Of a DNA stretch of 64,000 bases, positions 36,548 to 45,556 are shown in pieces. The stretch is from the NCBI GenBank assembly GCA_003193925.1, contig PSPG01000004.1, forward strand, positions 1 through 64,000, in the 5' to 3' direction. The notes under the pieces were generated by a model. The model searched no databases. It was not told the origin of the DNA and was given only the letters and a program-made list of their open reading frames with translations. Made by a program: the position numbers and the translations under genes. Position 1 is the first letter of the stretch. Every line of letters starts with the position of its first letter. The DNA is from Candidatus Thalassarchaeum betae. Its GTDB lineage: Archaea; Thermoplasmatota; Poseidoniia; Poseidoniales; Thalassarchaeaceae.

Positions 36548-38755
36548 ATGGGTCGCAAGGAAGACAACATCAAGCGCGCGACTGTGGTTATGCATGACAG
36601 AGAGCGAATTCGCAACCTCGCTATCGCTGCTCATATAGACCACGGTAAGACTACCCTTTCAGACAATTTGATCGCCGGTGCGGGAATGATGTCAGAGGAT
36701 CTCGCTGGCAAGTCTAGGGTGCTTGACTTCGATCAGCAGGAGAGCGCGCGTGGGATCACCATCAACGCCGCGAGCGCCTCAATGGTACATACCGTAAATG
36801 GCTCTGACTACCTAATCAACCTCATCGACACCCCCGGCCACGTCGACTTCGGCGGTGACGTCACGAGGGCTATGCGAGCCGTGGATGGCTGTATCATACT
36901 GACCTGCGCTGTGGAAGGGGCTATGCCCCAGACAGAGACGGTTGTCAGGCAGGCCCTTAAGGAGAAAGTCAAGCCAGTCCTCTTCATCAACAAGGTAGAC
37001 CGCCTGATCAATGAGCTCCAAATCACTCCAGAGGACATGATGAAGAGGTTTGAAGAACAGATCAAGAAGGTTAACACCCTAATCAGGCTATTCGCTCCCG
37101 CGGAGCACCGAAATGACTGGCAAGTCAGCGTAACCGATGGTACAGTGGCTTTTGGCTCCGCGTATCACAATTGGGGGATAACCGTCCCCTACATGAAAAA
37201 GTCGGGAGTCAATTTCTCTCAAATCTTTGAGTACTGCCACAACGAGGAGCAGCGCGAACTCGCCAAGAAGGCACCCGTGCACGAGGTCCTCCTCGATATG
37301 TCCGTTGAGAAGCTGCCCTCGCCACTCGACGCCCAGAAATACAGAATCCCCAATATCTGGCAGGGGGAGTTGGAGTCCACAGTTGGTAAGGCAATGCTGG
37401 ATTGCGACCCCACTGGCCCCCTATCACTGATGATCACCAAGATCTGGATGGATCAACATGCGGGTGAGGTGGCCGTGGGGCGGTTATATTCCGGCACCAT
37501 TCATCAGGGCGATTCGGTGTGGGCGATAGGCGCCGCAAAGGCTGAGCGGGTGCAACAAGTCAGCATGATGGTAGGCAGCGACAGAATCTCTGTTCCCGAA
37601 GTCTCATCCGGCAACATAGTAGCTCTGACAGGCGTCCGAAGTGCTGCTGCTGGCGTTACTATCGCCAGAGAGCAGGATGCTACCCCTTTCGAGCCCATCA
37701 GACATTATTCGGAACCCGTTGTCACAGTGGCACTCGAGCCGAAAGCCATGAAGGATCTGCCCAAATTCATCGATGCCCTACGAGGTCTGGCCAAAGCAGA
37801 CGCCTCTCTTGAGGTGTCCACCAACCAGGAAACCGGCGAGGCACTGCTATCTGGTATGGGTGAACTCCACCTAGAGATAACAGTCTACAGATTGCAAGTG
37901 GAACAGGGGATAAAGGTGACAGTCAGTGAGCCAATCGTGGTTTATCGCGAATCCATTTCTGGGGACAACAAGGGAAGGGCGTTCGAAGGCAAGTCCCCTA
38001 ACCGCCACAATCGATTTTACATCGAGGCGGAGCCGTTGCCCGACGATGTAACCCAAGCGCTTCGAGAGGGTCAGTTTGGTGATGGGGCTGTGAGGAATCA
38101 GGATGCCAAGGGTGTTGGAGACAAGTTCTCCGAGTTCGGTATGAACAAGGATCTGATGAGAAAGATATACGCGATTTACGGCACCAACGTCTTCGTGAAC
38201 GACACAAAGGGAATCCAGAATCTACACGAGACCCGTGAGCTAATCATCGAGGGCTTCAACGATGTCTGCAAGAAGGGCCCAGTGGCCGATGAGCCATTGA
38301 TGGGGGTAATGATTCGGCTCGTCGACGCCAAACTTCACGAGGACGCCATACATCGAGGTCCGGCTCAGACCATCCCTGCAGTAAGGAACGCCATCAAGGG
38401 AGCACTTCTCCGTGCTAAGCCAGTCATCTTCGAGCCAATACAGAAGATTCGCATAGATGCCCCCAAAGATGTCATCGGAAGCGCGGCTCGTGAAGTGGAC
38501 AAGCGTAGGGGCACGATTGAGGACATGCCTATCGATGGGAATACAGCCAGTGTGGTAGGCAGGATGCCAGTGGCAGAAAGCTTCGGTTTCTCCAACGATA
38601 TCCGCGCTGCCACGCAAGGCCGCGCCATTTGGAACACGGAGAATGCCGGATACGTCCACCTCCCCCCGAGCCTCTTCGACAAAGTCACTTCAGAGATTAG
38701 GGAAAGGAAGGGATTGAAGGCCGAGATACCGGGTGAAGATCATTATACCGATTAA
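36548..38755 (+). CDS. fusA: Elongation factor EF-2
   Basis: AHIDHGKTT, RGITI, DTPGH, NKVD; diphthamide loop HEDAIHRGPAQ. Confidence 0.98.
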   Translation: MGRKEDNIKRATVVMHDRERIRNLAIAAHIDHGKTTLSDNLIAGAGMMSEDLAGKSRVLDFDQQESARGITINAASASMVHTVNGSDYLINLIDTPGHVDFGGDVTRAMRAVDGCIILTCAVEGAMPQTETVVRQALKEKVKPVLFINKVDRLINELQITPEDMMKRFEEQIKKVNTLIRLFAPAEHRNDWQVSVTDGTVAFGSAYHNWGITVPYMKKSGVNFSQIFEYCHNEEQRELAKKAPVHEVLLDMSVEKLPSPLDAQKYRIPNIWQGELESTVGKAMLDCDPTGPLSLMITKIWMDQHAGEVAVGRLYSGTIHQGDSVWAIGAAKAERVQQVSMMVGSDRISVPEVSSGNIVALTGVRSAAAGVTIAREQDATPFEPIRHYSEPVVTVALEPKAMKDLPKFIDALRGLAKADASLEVSTNQETGEALLSGMGELHLEITVYRLQVEQGIKVTVSEPIVVYRESISGDNKGRAFEGKSPNRHNRFYIEAEPLPDDVTQALREGQFGDGAVRNQDAKGVGDKFSEFGMNKDLMRKIYAIYGTNVFVNDTKGIQNLHETRELIIEGFNDVCKKGPVADEPLMGVMIRLVDAKLHEDAIHRGPAQTIPAVRNAIKGALLRAKPVIFEPIQKIRIDAPKDVIGSAAREVDKRRGTIEDMPIDGNTASVVGRMPVAESFGFSNDIRAATQGRAIWNTENAGYVHLPPSLFDKVTSEIRERKGLKAEIPGEDHYTD

Positions 38756-40453
38756 TCAGTTGATGCGAATCAATTGGAAATCAGTGAGTTCCTTCAGGAC
38801 CTGAACGGCAGGATTGTCATCAAGCAGTTCGAGGCTTCGATGAGCGAGCGAATGGTGATGCATGGCCCTGTTTCTGGCATAGGCGGTGGAACCGCTTTCT
38901 TGCAATTCTCTGATAGCGGCGGCCAAATCATCATCGCTGCAATCACCAGCGCCGTAGACTTTCCTGAAATTAGGCAGATCAAGGCCGCTGGCGAGTGCAT
39001 GAATGGCAATCAGGGTCCTCTTACCATGGACTACATCAGAGCCCGCAGGCTTGCCGAGGGTCTCAGTATCGCCAGTGATGTCGATTAGGTCGTCCATCAA
39101 CTGAAAGCACAGACCGAGATTCAGTCCCCAAATGGCCATGTTATCAACTATCTCATCTGATGCCCCTGCGAGGATGGCTCCGGTCCTGGCGCAGGTCTCG
39201 AACATGGCACTGGTCTTGCCGGTGATCATAGCGATGTAATCCTCCTCTGTCACTGTATTCCTCTGCTCGAATTCGATGTCATCTTGTTGTCCTTCTGCCA
39301 CCTTCCTGACCATCTCACCAATGGCACTGACTAGGAAGGCTAGTTTATCAGCGTCAATCTCAGGAGATTCGGCTAGTATCTCGAAGCCTACTGCGAGCAT
39401 GGCATCGCCAGCGTTGATGGCTGTCGCATCATCGTATGCGACGTGAACAGCATCCAGGCCTCTACGAATAGGATCTTGGTCGATGATGTCATCGTGCACC
39501 AAGGTGAAGTTGTGAATTATCTCGATGGATGCACCTAGGGTATAATGCCCATCATGAGCTTCTCCGACAGCTTCTCCAACTAATCGAGGGATAATGGCTC
39601 TGAGTCTCTTCCCCCCTCCTGCGAAGAGGTGAGTCATGGCTCCATGTAGCCGCTCTTGCTGCATTTTGCCAAGGCTGTCCATGATTACTCCTTCGACCCG
39701 GTTCCGATGAGAGCCCAGTGCATCCAAGAAGGACTGGCCCGGAATCGCTGAAGGGCTGTCGATGGTCAATTCACCACATCTCACGATCTCTTCGCGCGCC
39801 GACTTGGCAATTGAATCGATATCAGGGTATTGAGGAGAGAGAAAGTGCTCCCAGATCATCTTGAACCACGGAGCGATGACCGTGCCACCCCAATGTCCAG
39901 CACCGTTCATCATCTCGCCTATATCCTCGGGATCGAGCCACCTAGTCTCGGATATCTCGTTGGGATTAGGGTGAATCTCCGCTTCAGCCTGAACTATCAG
40001 AACGTGGTCAATCTCGTGTTCGACCCAACTCTGATTCCATCTGCATCGATACTCGAAGGACCCAATGTGATTGAAATTCCACCGTGAGGTGACGCTCTTT
40101 GGTATACCCAGTTCCTGCTCGAGTTTTCTGCAGGCTGCTGCAATGACCCCCCCTGGTGAATCGGCATTCTCACCGGGGATGTCCAGCGGGTGGCTGCAGC
40201 AGGTATTGGCCCACACTCCTGGAAAGGTAATCTTCTCCGAAGCCCTCCTCTGGATGAGCAGTCGCCCCCGCGAGTCGAAGAGAACGACACTGAATGCACG
40301 ATGCCGATGTCCCTGACCGAGGTGGCATTCGATCTTGCTCAGTGAGCCCGTGCTTTGATCTTCGGAATCGACTAGTATGCACCTCTCCTCCATCATCCCG
40401 GCCTGGTCGTCGTCATGCCCTTGGAGCACTTCGGTCAGGTCAGCGCCATCCAT
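38756..40453 (-). CDS. Fusion of type 1 isopentenyl-diphosphate isomerase and short-chain polyprenyl (GGPP-type) synthase
   Basis: N-half: HRAFSV.LF, KITFPGVWANTCCSHP, RKLEQELGI, EHEIDHVL. C-half: GGKRLR, HDDIIDQD..RRG, AINAGD, GQQ.D, KT, FQLMDDLID, GK..GSD...GK. Confidence 0.92.
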   Translation of the reverse strand: MDGADLTEVLQGHDDDQAGMMEERCILVDSEDQSTGSLSKIECHLGQGHRHRAFSVVLFDSRGRLLIQRRASEKITFPGVWANTCCSHPLDIPGENADSPGGVIAAACRKLEQELGIPKSVTSRWNFNHIGSFEYRCRWNQSWVEHEIDHVLIVQAEAEIHPNPNEISETRWLDPEDIGEMMNGAGHWGGTVIAPWFKMIWEHFLSPQYPDIDSIAKSAREEIVRCGELTIDSPSAIPGQSFLDALGSHRNRVEGVIMDSLGKMQQERLHGAMTHLFAGGGKRLRAIIPRLVGEAVGEAHDGHYTLGASIEIIHNFTLVHDDIIDQDPIRRGLDAVHVAYDDATAINAGDAMLAVGFEILAESPEIDADKLAFLVSAIGEMVRKVAEGQQDDIEFEQRNTVTEEDYIAMITGKTSAMFETCARTGAILAGASDEIVDNMAIWGLNLGLCFQLMDDLIDITGDTETLGKPAGSDVVHGKRTLIAIHALASGLDLPNFRKVYGAGDCSDDDLAAAIRELQESGSTAYARNRAMHHHSLAHRSLELLDDNPAVQVLKELTDFQLIRIN

Positions 40454-40532
40454 GCTACCGGACAGGCGAGAAACCGCTCGCATATAATCGAAATGCTAAC
40501 TTCAGCAGCACACTGTACATCAGACAAGGGCG

Positions 40533-41324
40533 TCAATTGAGTATCTTGGTGCCGACCGTTTCGCCCTCAAGGACCACCTCTAACATTCGTTTTGGTTTAT
40601 GGCCATTCAGCAGCCATACCTGTTCGACAGAGGATGCGATCATAGAAGCGCACTCGGCTTTCAGTAGAATCCCTCCTGTAACATCAGTATCTGAGTCGTG
40701 TGACGCACGGATGGCATCCGCCGCAATCCATTGTTCGATGAGTGTAGCGCCAGGTTCCCATGGGGGGCCGTCCATGAGTCCGTCGGCGTCTCCCAGGAGG
40801 AATAGACAGGCGATTACATCAGGCAATTCGATACCCATCCTCACCATGATGTGGTCCCCGGACAGGATACCGAATTTTTGTTCTCCTGGGATGTCAACAA
40901 CATCCCCAAATGTGATGGGTATGGCATCTGAAGGACTCCTGATGAAGGCAGCTAGATCCCCCCCGAACGAAATACCCACACCTTTTGCCCAGTTCCTAGG
41001 CGGCAGTGACTCGGTATCAATACCCTGGGCTTCGAAGACAGAAATTACATGGTGATTCAACTCGAGCATGTCAGAGCGAACTTTGGTTACGGCTTCGTCC
41101 TGCTCTGCCTCGATATCGGGGTTGCATCCATCGGCGAGACCCCACTTCCTCGATTCGATGTGTCCGAATGAGCCTGCACCGTGTATTACTATGACTGAAT
41201 GACCGGAATCAATGATATCCTTGATGATTGGAACTACAGCTTCAATGCACTCAGCTTTCAGATGCTTGTACTGGGACTTGTCTGTAATCAGACCGCCTCC
41301 TAATTTGATGATCACACGGGGCAT
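40533..41324 (-). CDS. ipk: Isopentenyl phosphate kinase
   Basis: KLGGGLITDK, HGAGSFGH, GDVV, SGD, DVTGGI..K; adjacent to the IDI-GGPPS fusion. Confidence 0.9.
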   Translation of the reverse strand: MPRVIIKLGGGLITDKSQYKHLKAECIEAVVPIIKDIIDSGHSVIVIHGAGSFGHIESRKWGLADGCNPDIEAEQDEAVTKVRSDMLELNHHVISVFEAQGIDTESLPPRNWAKGVGISFGGDLAAFIRSPSDAIPITFGDVVDIPGEQKFGILSGDHIMVRMGIELPDVIACLFLLGDADGLMDGPPWEPGATLIEQWIAADAIRASHDSDTDVTGGILLKAECASMIASSVEQVWLLNGHKPKRMLEVVLEGETVGTKILN

Positions 41325-41404
41325 GGGATCTCTCATTTGCCGCCAAGAGGTGCGAGTCTTAGCCTCTACCGTACTTTCATGACCTGCAGGCCTCTGTGCG
41401 CTTC

Positions 41405-41737
41405 ATGTCTGATTCTGACGTCATTGAGCAGTTCCAACGGTGGCTGCAGGCAAGATTGGCCATTTCTGAGGAGATCGTGGATCCATCTGAGAGGCAGAGG
41501 GCTGCTCTTCAAGTCGAATCGGCCATCCAACTCGCTATTCAATACCGCGATGTGGTGGACATGACGCCCGAGAACATAGCTCCTCCGTTCGTGGAGAGGG
41601 AGGATTCAGTGAGGATTATCTCAGATGACGAATCCATAAGATCCTCAGGGAGACAAGACGCCATAATCTGTCAGAAATGCGATGCTGAAATGACCGATGA
41701 CTTGGAATTCTGCCCTGCTTGTGGAGAGTACCCCTGA
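41405..41737 (+). CDS. Small protein with C-terminal zinc ribbon
   Basis: CQKC...FCPACG at the C-terminus. Confidence 0.7.
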   Translation: MSDSDVIEQFQRWLQARLAISEEIVDPSERQRAALQVESAIQLAIQYRDVVDMTPENIAPPFVEREDSVRIISDDESIRSSGRQDAIICQKCDAEMTDDLEFCPACGEYP

Positions 41738-42427
41738 TTACTCTTCTTCGGCCCAATGGACTCTCGCCAATTCATACTCCGGATGGTCGTTAGGCACGGT
41801 ACTGAGATACTTCCCCGGCACGAATTCGGCGAGATAGACGGTTATACCTGCGTGCCAGACGGTCTCACCAGCAGCTACCAGTCTAGCAGTATCAACTTCG
41901 AGCAGGGTGGGAATTGCGTGGTGGATATGACCCGCTTCTGCGGCTGAGCGTATGTTCGCCGAGAGATGCACATGGGCTCGGCCACTGGGGCTAATCCCGA
42001 CCTCAATCAAATTTTCATACTCATCCGGTGAGCAGGGATAGTAAAGCGCGTCGGGGATGTTGTCGGTTGGCAGGTCCAGTTCAATTTCTACTGTATGGGC
42101 GTAGGTAGCGCGAATCACGTTCCCTCGGACTTCATACCTTCCCTTGGGATCTGTCTCGGAAATAGCATGGATGTGGTGAGGTCTGAGCCAGTGGTAACGT
42201 CTCTCGTTGGAGCCCTTGAACTGCCTAACGATGTCCTTGACGTCAATCCACCCGTTGATGTCCATCTCGAGATCAAACTTCTCCGGAGCGTGTCTGAGGA
42301 CGAGGGCTAGACGCCTAGCCATGCTGTCCCTCTCACCCGTTCGCATGATGAATCTCCCCTCGGAGTTACACGCTGGGCACAAGTTGTCATCGGCGTAGTA
42401 ACCATGATTCGAACATTCCCTAATCAT
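41738..42427 (-). CDS. kptA: RNA 2'-phosphotransferase Tpt1/KptA with N-terminal Zn ribbon
   Basis: CSNHGY....CPAC, LRHAP, GW, DPKGRY, IRATYAHT, R.HVHLS. Confidence 0.9.
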   Translation of the reverse strand: MIRECSNHGYYADDNLCPACNSEGRFIMRTGERDSMARRLALVLRHAPEKFDLEMDINGWIDVKDIVRQFKGSNERRYHWLRPHHIHAISETDPKGRYEVRGNVIRATYAHTVEIELDLPTDNIPDALYYPCSPDEYENLIEVGISPSGRAHVHLSANIRSAAEAGHIHHAIPTLLEVDTARLVAAGETVWHAGITVYLAEFVPGKYLSTVPNDHPEYELARVHWAEEE

Positions 42428-42542
42428 TGTATCGCACCAACGAGTGGAATACCTCTCATGAACCCCACGGTCATGACCCCTGAGACCGGTACGCAGCGTG
42501 AATCTAGTGAATGGTTATTCGTGTGTTCTCTGCCGTTGGTGT

Positions 42543-43676
42543 ATGAAGACGGTCATCATTGATTGGGCCCGCTCACCGTTCGACAGGGCCCACAAGGGAG
42601 GCTTGGCCGGTGTTCGTCCCGATGACATGGCCGGCCAGGTCACCAAAGCCCTGATTGACAGGAGCGGGATAGATCCCGGTGCGTTCGACGACCTGCTGAT
42701 GGGTTGTGGTTATCCTGAAGCCGAGCAGGGTTACAACATCGCAAGGCTGGTGACCTTCCTAGCAGGTATGCCAGACACAGTTCCAGGTGTCACCATCAAC
42801 AGGCTGTGTGGCTCTTCTATGCAAGCAGTCCTGTCAGCTGCAGCTCAGATCGAAGCCGGTTGGGGAGGTTGCTTCCTGTGTGCAGGCACCGAATCGATGA
42901 GCAGGGTTAAACGCCGCGGCTTCAACTGGAGTCCTCATCCCGGATTGGAAGAGGGTTGGCCTGACGCATACGTCACTATGGGCCAGACAGCAGAGAATGT
43001 CGCCGCACGTTGGTCCATTACCCGTGATCAGCAGGAGCGCTTTGCGCTCGCTTCCCATCAGAAGGCCGCGTCTGCGCGGGAATCCGGGTCATTCGATGAC
43101 GAAATAATCCCTATTTCGAATGGTGACAACACCGTCTCTGAGGATGGTTGTATCCGACCCGGTACCACCTTAGAGGCAATGTCTGAACTTGTCCCTGTAT
43201 TCTCCGATGACGGAACCGTGACGGCTGCCACCTCTTCCCCTCTCACCGATGGAGCAGTCGCTATGATCGTATGTAGCGAGGAATTCGCGTCTGACCACGG
43301 CTTGGAGCCAATGGCCAGAATAATCTCCGGTGCAGTAACAGGGTGTCCCCCAGAAATCATGGGTATAGGCCCAGTTGAGGCCACCAGAAAGGTATTAGAG
43401 CGAACTGGTTGGGATATTGATTCCATCGATATCTTCGAGCTTAACGAGGCATTCTCTTCTCAGAGCTTGGCAGTCATCGATGAACTTGGACTGGACCCAA
43501 CTAAGGTCAACCTCGAGGGGGGCGCTCTCGCTATCGGCCATCCCTTAGGTGCTTCTGGTGCGAGAATTACCGGTAAGGCAGCGAGTCTGCTCGCAAGAGC
43601 TGGCTCAGGCCGAGCGATCGCCACCATGTGTATCGGCGGGGGCATGGGCATAGCGATAGCTTTGGAAAACTCGTGA
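42543..43676 (+). CDS. Thiolase (acetyl-CoA C-acyltransferase), bacterial FadA/AtoB type
   Basis: INRLCGSSMQ, ELNEAF, ALAIGHPLGASG, MCIGGGMG. Confidence 0.93.
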   Translation: MKTVIIDWARSPFDRAHKGGLAGVRPDDMAGQVTKALIDRSGIDPGAFDDLLMGCGYPEAEQGYNIARLVTFLAGMPDTVPGVTINRLCGSSMQAVLSAAAQIEAGWGGCFLCAGTESMSRVKRRGFNWSPHPGLEEGWPDAYVTMGQTAENVAARWSITRDQQERFALASHQKAASARESGSFDDEIIPISNGDNTVSEDGCIRPGTTLEAMSELVPVFSDDGTVTAATSSPLTDGAVAMIVCSEEFASDHGLEPMARIISGAVTGCPPEIMGIGPVEATRKVLERTGWDIDSIDIFELNEAFSSQSLAVIDELGLDPTKVNLEGGALAIGHPLGASGARITGKAASLLARAGSGRAIATMCIGGGMGIAIALENS

Positions 43677-44237
43677 TTACTCTTCTTCATAGAATACGAG
43701 TTTCGAGTTGCAGCTTGGGCATCGGTCCCCCGGTGTCATTCTACTTGGATAGATGGCGAGGATGCTCGAACATCCCGGACATGTAGCCAACATCTCACCA
43801 CTTCCATTGGTTAATCCTCCAGAATCGCCGAGAGCATCGCTTCCATACCATTGTGTGTATACGGGATTCCTCATTGTGGGAACTCTTCTAAGGGTCACGG
43901 CCCCCAGCAGTAATAGTAAGAGTCCTTGGAGGAATCCTGAGTCTCCCTGCGTCATCGAGCCCCATACCCAGATGAGGCCAATCAACAAGAATGCTGATCC
44001 GATCAACGATAGCGAGCTGATTCCAAGGATAATACCATAGTGGGTACGTTTGAACATGGACACAACAGTGGCTATTCCAAGAGGAAACAGAATCACACTG
44101 AGAATCAGAGCGAATATCTTCTGTGACGCACTCCACGAGGACAGTAGTGATACGACTATCACTGCAATTATAATCAAATCTAAGGCGATGAAACGAATCA
44201 GATGGCGGTGCAACTGCTCCATCCGTCCGCGTGGCAT
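43677..44237 (-). CDS. 4-TM membrane protein with C-terminal zinc ribbon
   Basis: Four hydrophobic helices followed by CPGC...CPSC. Confidence 0.7.
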   Translation of the reverse strand: MPRGRMEQLHRHLIRFIALDLIIIAVIVVSLLSSWSASQKIFALILSVILFPLGIATVVSMFKRTHYGIILGISSLSLIGSAFLLIGLIWVWGSMTQGDSGFLQGLLLLLLGAVTLRRVPTMRNPVYTQWYGSDALGDSGGLTNGSGEMLATCPGCSSILAIYPSRMTPGDRCPSCNSKLVFYEEE

Positions 44238-44313
44238 GATACCCGATTCGGTGCTCCAAAGAAGACTTTTCTGCCTGCGACGGACTCATGAAGCCCCTCG
44301 TGTTCCGAGAGAC

Positions 44314-45507
44314 GTGACCAAGGATACTGGGGTCATCCCCAAAGGCACCACCCTGCAAGGTCGTAATATCCTATTCGCTGTGACTGGAGGTATAGCCGCG
44401 GTGGAATCCATTCGCCTTGCAAGGGAACTCCGTCGTCACGGCGCGGACTTGACTATCATGATGTCCAAGGAGGCGGAGAAGATCATCACACCCCTGGCTT
44501 TGTCATGGGCCTCAGGCACCGAAGTCCTGACCGACTGGGATCATACAATGGTCCAATTGGACGATTATGACTCCGTATTGATTGCTCCAGCTACCCGTAA
44601 CACCATCTCCAAACATGTTCATGGAATCATGGATTCTCCGATATTGATGGCTCTGACAGCGGCCCGTGGCAACGGAACCCCGATTCTTTTTGTGCCATCC
44701 ATGCATTCCGATCTATTCGATGATCGAGTTACCGCTGATTTGTTGGAGGCTTTAGACACCGAAGGCAGTTCAGTGATGGCGGATGAGGTAGTTGAGGGCC
44801 GCAGGAAACAGCCAGATCCGGTGTCGATTGTAGCTAATCTCTGCAATCTTGTGAATGCTCAATTGCCAAACCGGAAAGTGGTAGCCATCACTTTGGGCGC
44901 TAACAGAGCGCCGATCGATGCCGTCAGGGCCATACAGAATGCATCCTCCGGCTCGACAGGATGGTCCATTGCGGAGCATCTACACAGAATGGGACACCAT
45001 GTTATCTGCATAGCAGGCAAGACATCAGCTGACCCCGGTTTCTCTCTGCCTGACGTTAGGCGTGGCGGTTCTCCTGACGAAATGCTTTCTGTGTCCAAGA
45101 CAGTCGCTCTAGGTCAACCTAAGCCCGATGTTTGGATTCATTCTGCTGCTGTGCTTGATTACTACACCGAGCCGCTTACTGAGAAGAAGGCCAGTGGGGC
45201 TGATTTCTGGAAACTCACATTGAGCCCCGGCCCCAAGCACATCTCTGAACTCAAGCCACTGGTAGATGGTGCTATCCGAATCGGATTCAAACTAGAGTCA
45301 GGGGTTAGTGAGGATGTTCTGATTCAGAGGGCCAAGGACCAGATTGAGACGTACGAAGTCGATGCTGTTGTCGCTAACCTCAAGGAAGAGGTCCACGATC
45401 CGAAATCGTTGAGGAGTAGGATTGTCTATCCCGATGGGACGGTGGAGGACATCCATGACGATGCTGGACTATGTCAAGCGATAGAGTCCCTATTACACAC
45501 CTCCTGA
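44314..45507 (+). CDS. coaBC: Bifunctional phosphopantothenoylcysteine decarboxylase/ligase
   Basis: AVTGGIAA, APATRNTISK, PSMH, PIDAVR.I.N.SSG.TG, SAAVLDY, GFKLE, VVAN; probable GTG start at 44314. Confidence 0.92.
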   Translation: MTKDTGVIPKGTTLQGRNILFAVTGGIAAVESIRLARELRRHGADLTIMMSKEAEKIITPLALSWASGTEVLTDWDHTMVQLDDYDSVLIAPATRNTISKHVHGIMDSPILMALTAARGNGTPILFVPSMHSDLFDDRVTADLLEALDTEGSSVMADEVVEGRRKQPDPVSIVANLCNLVNAQLPNRKVVAITLGANRAPIDAVRAIQNASSGSTGWSIAEHLHRMGHHVICIAGKTSADPGFSLPDVRRGGSPDEMLSVSKTVALGQPKPDVWIHSAAVLDYYTEPLTEKKASGADFWKLTLSPGPKHISELKPLVDGAIRIGFKLESGVSEDVLIQRAKDQIETYEVDAVVANLKEEVHDPKSLRSRIVYPDGTVEDIHDDAGLCQAIESLLHTS

Positions 45508-45556
45508 CTTCGTATCTGCGTCACATTCAAGCGAGGAACATGGACGAACATACAAC

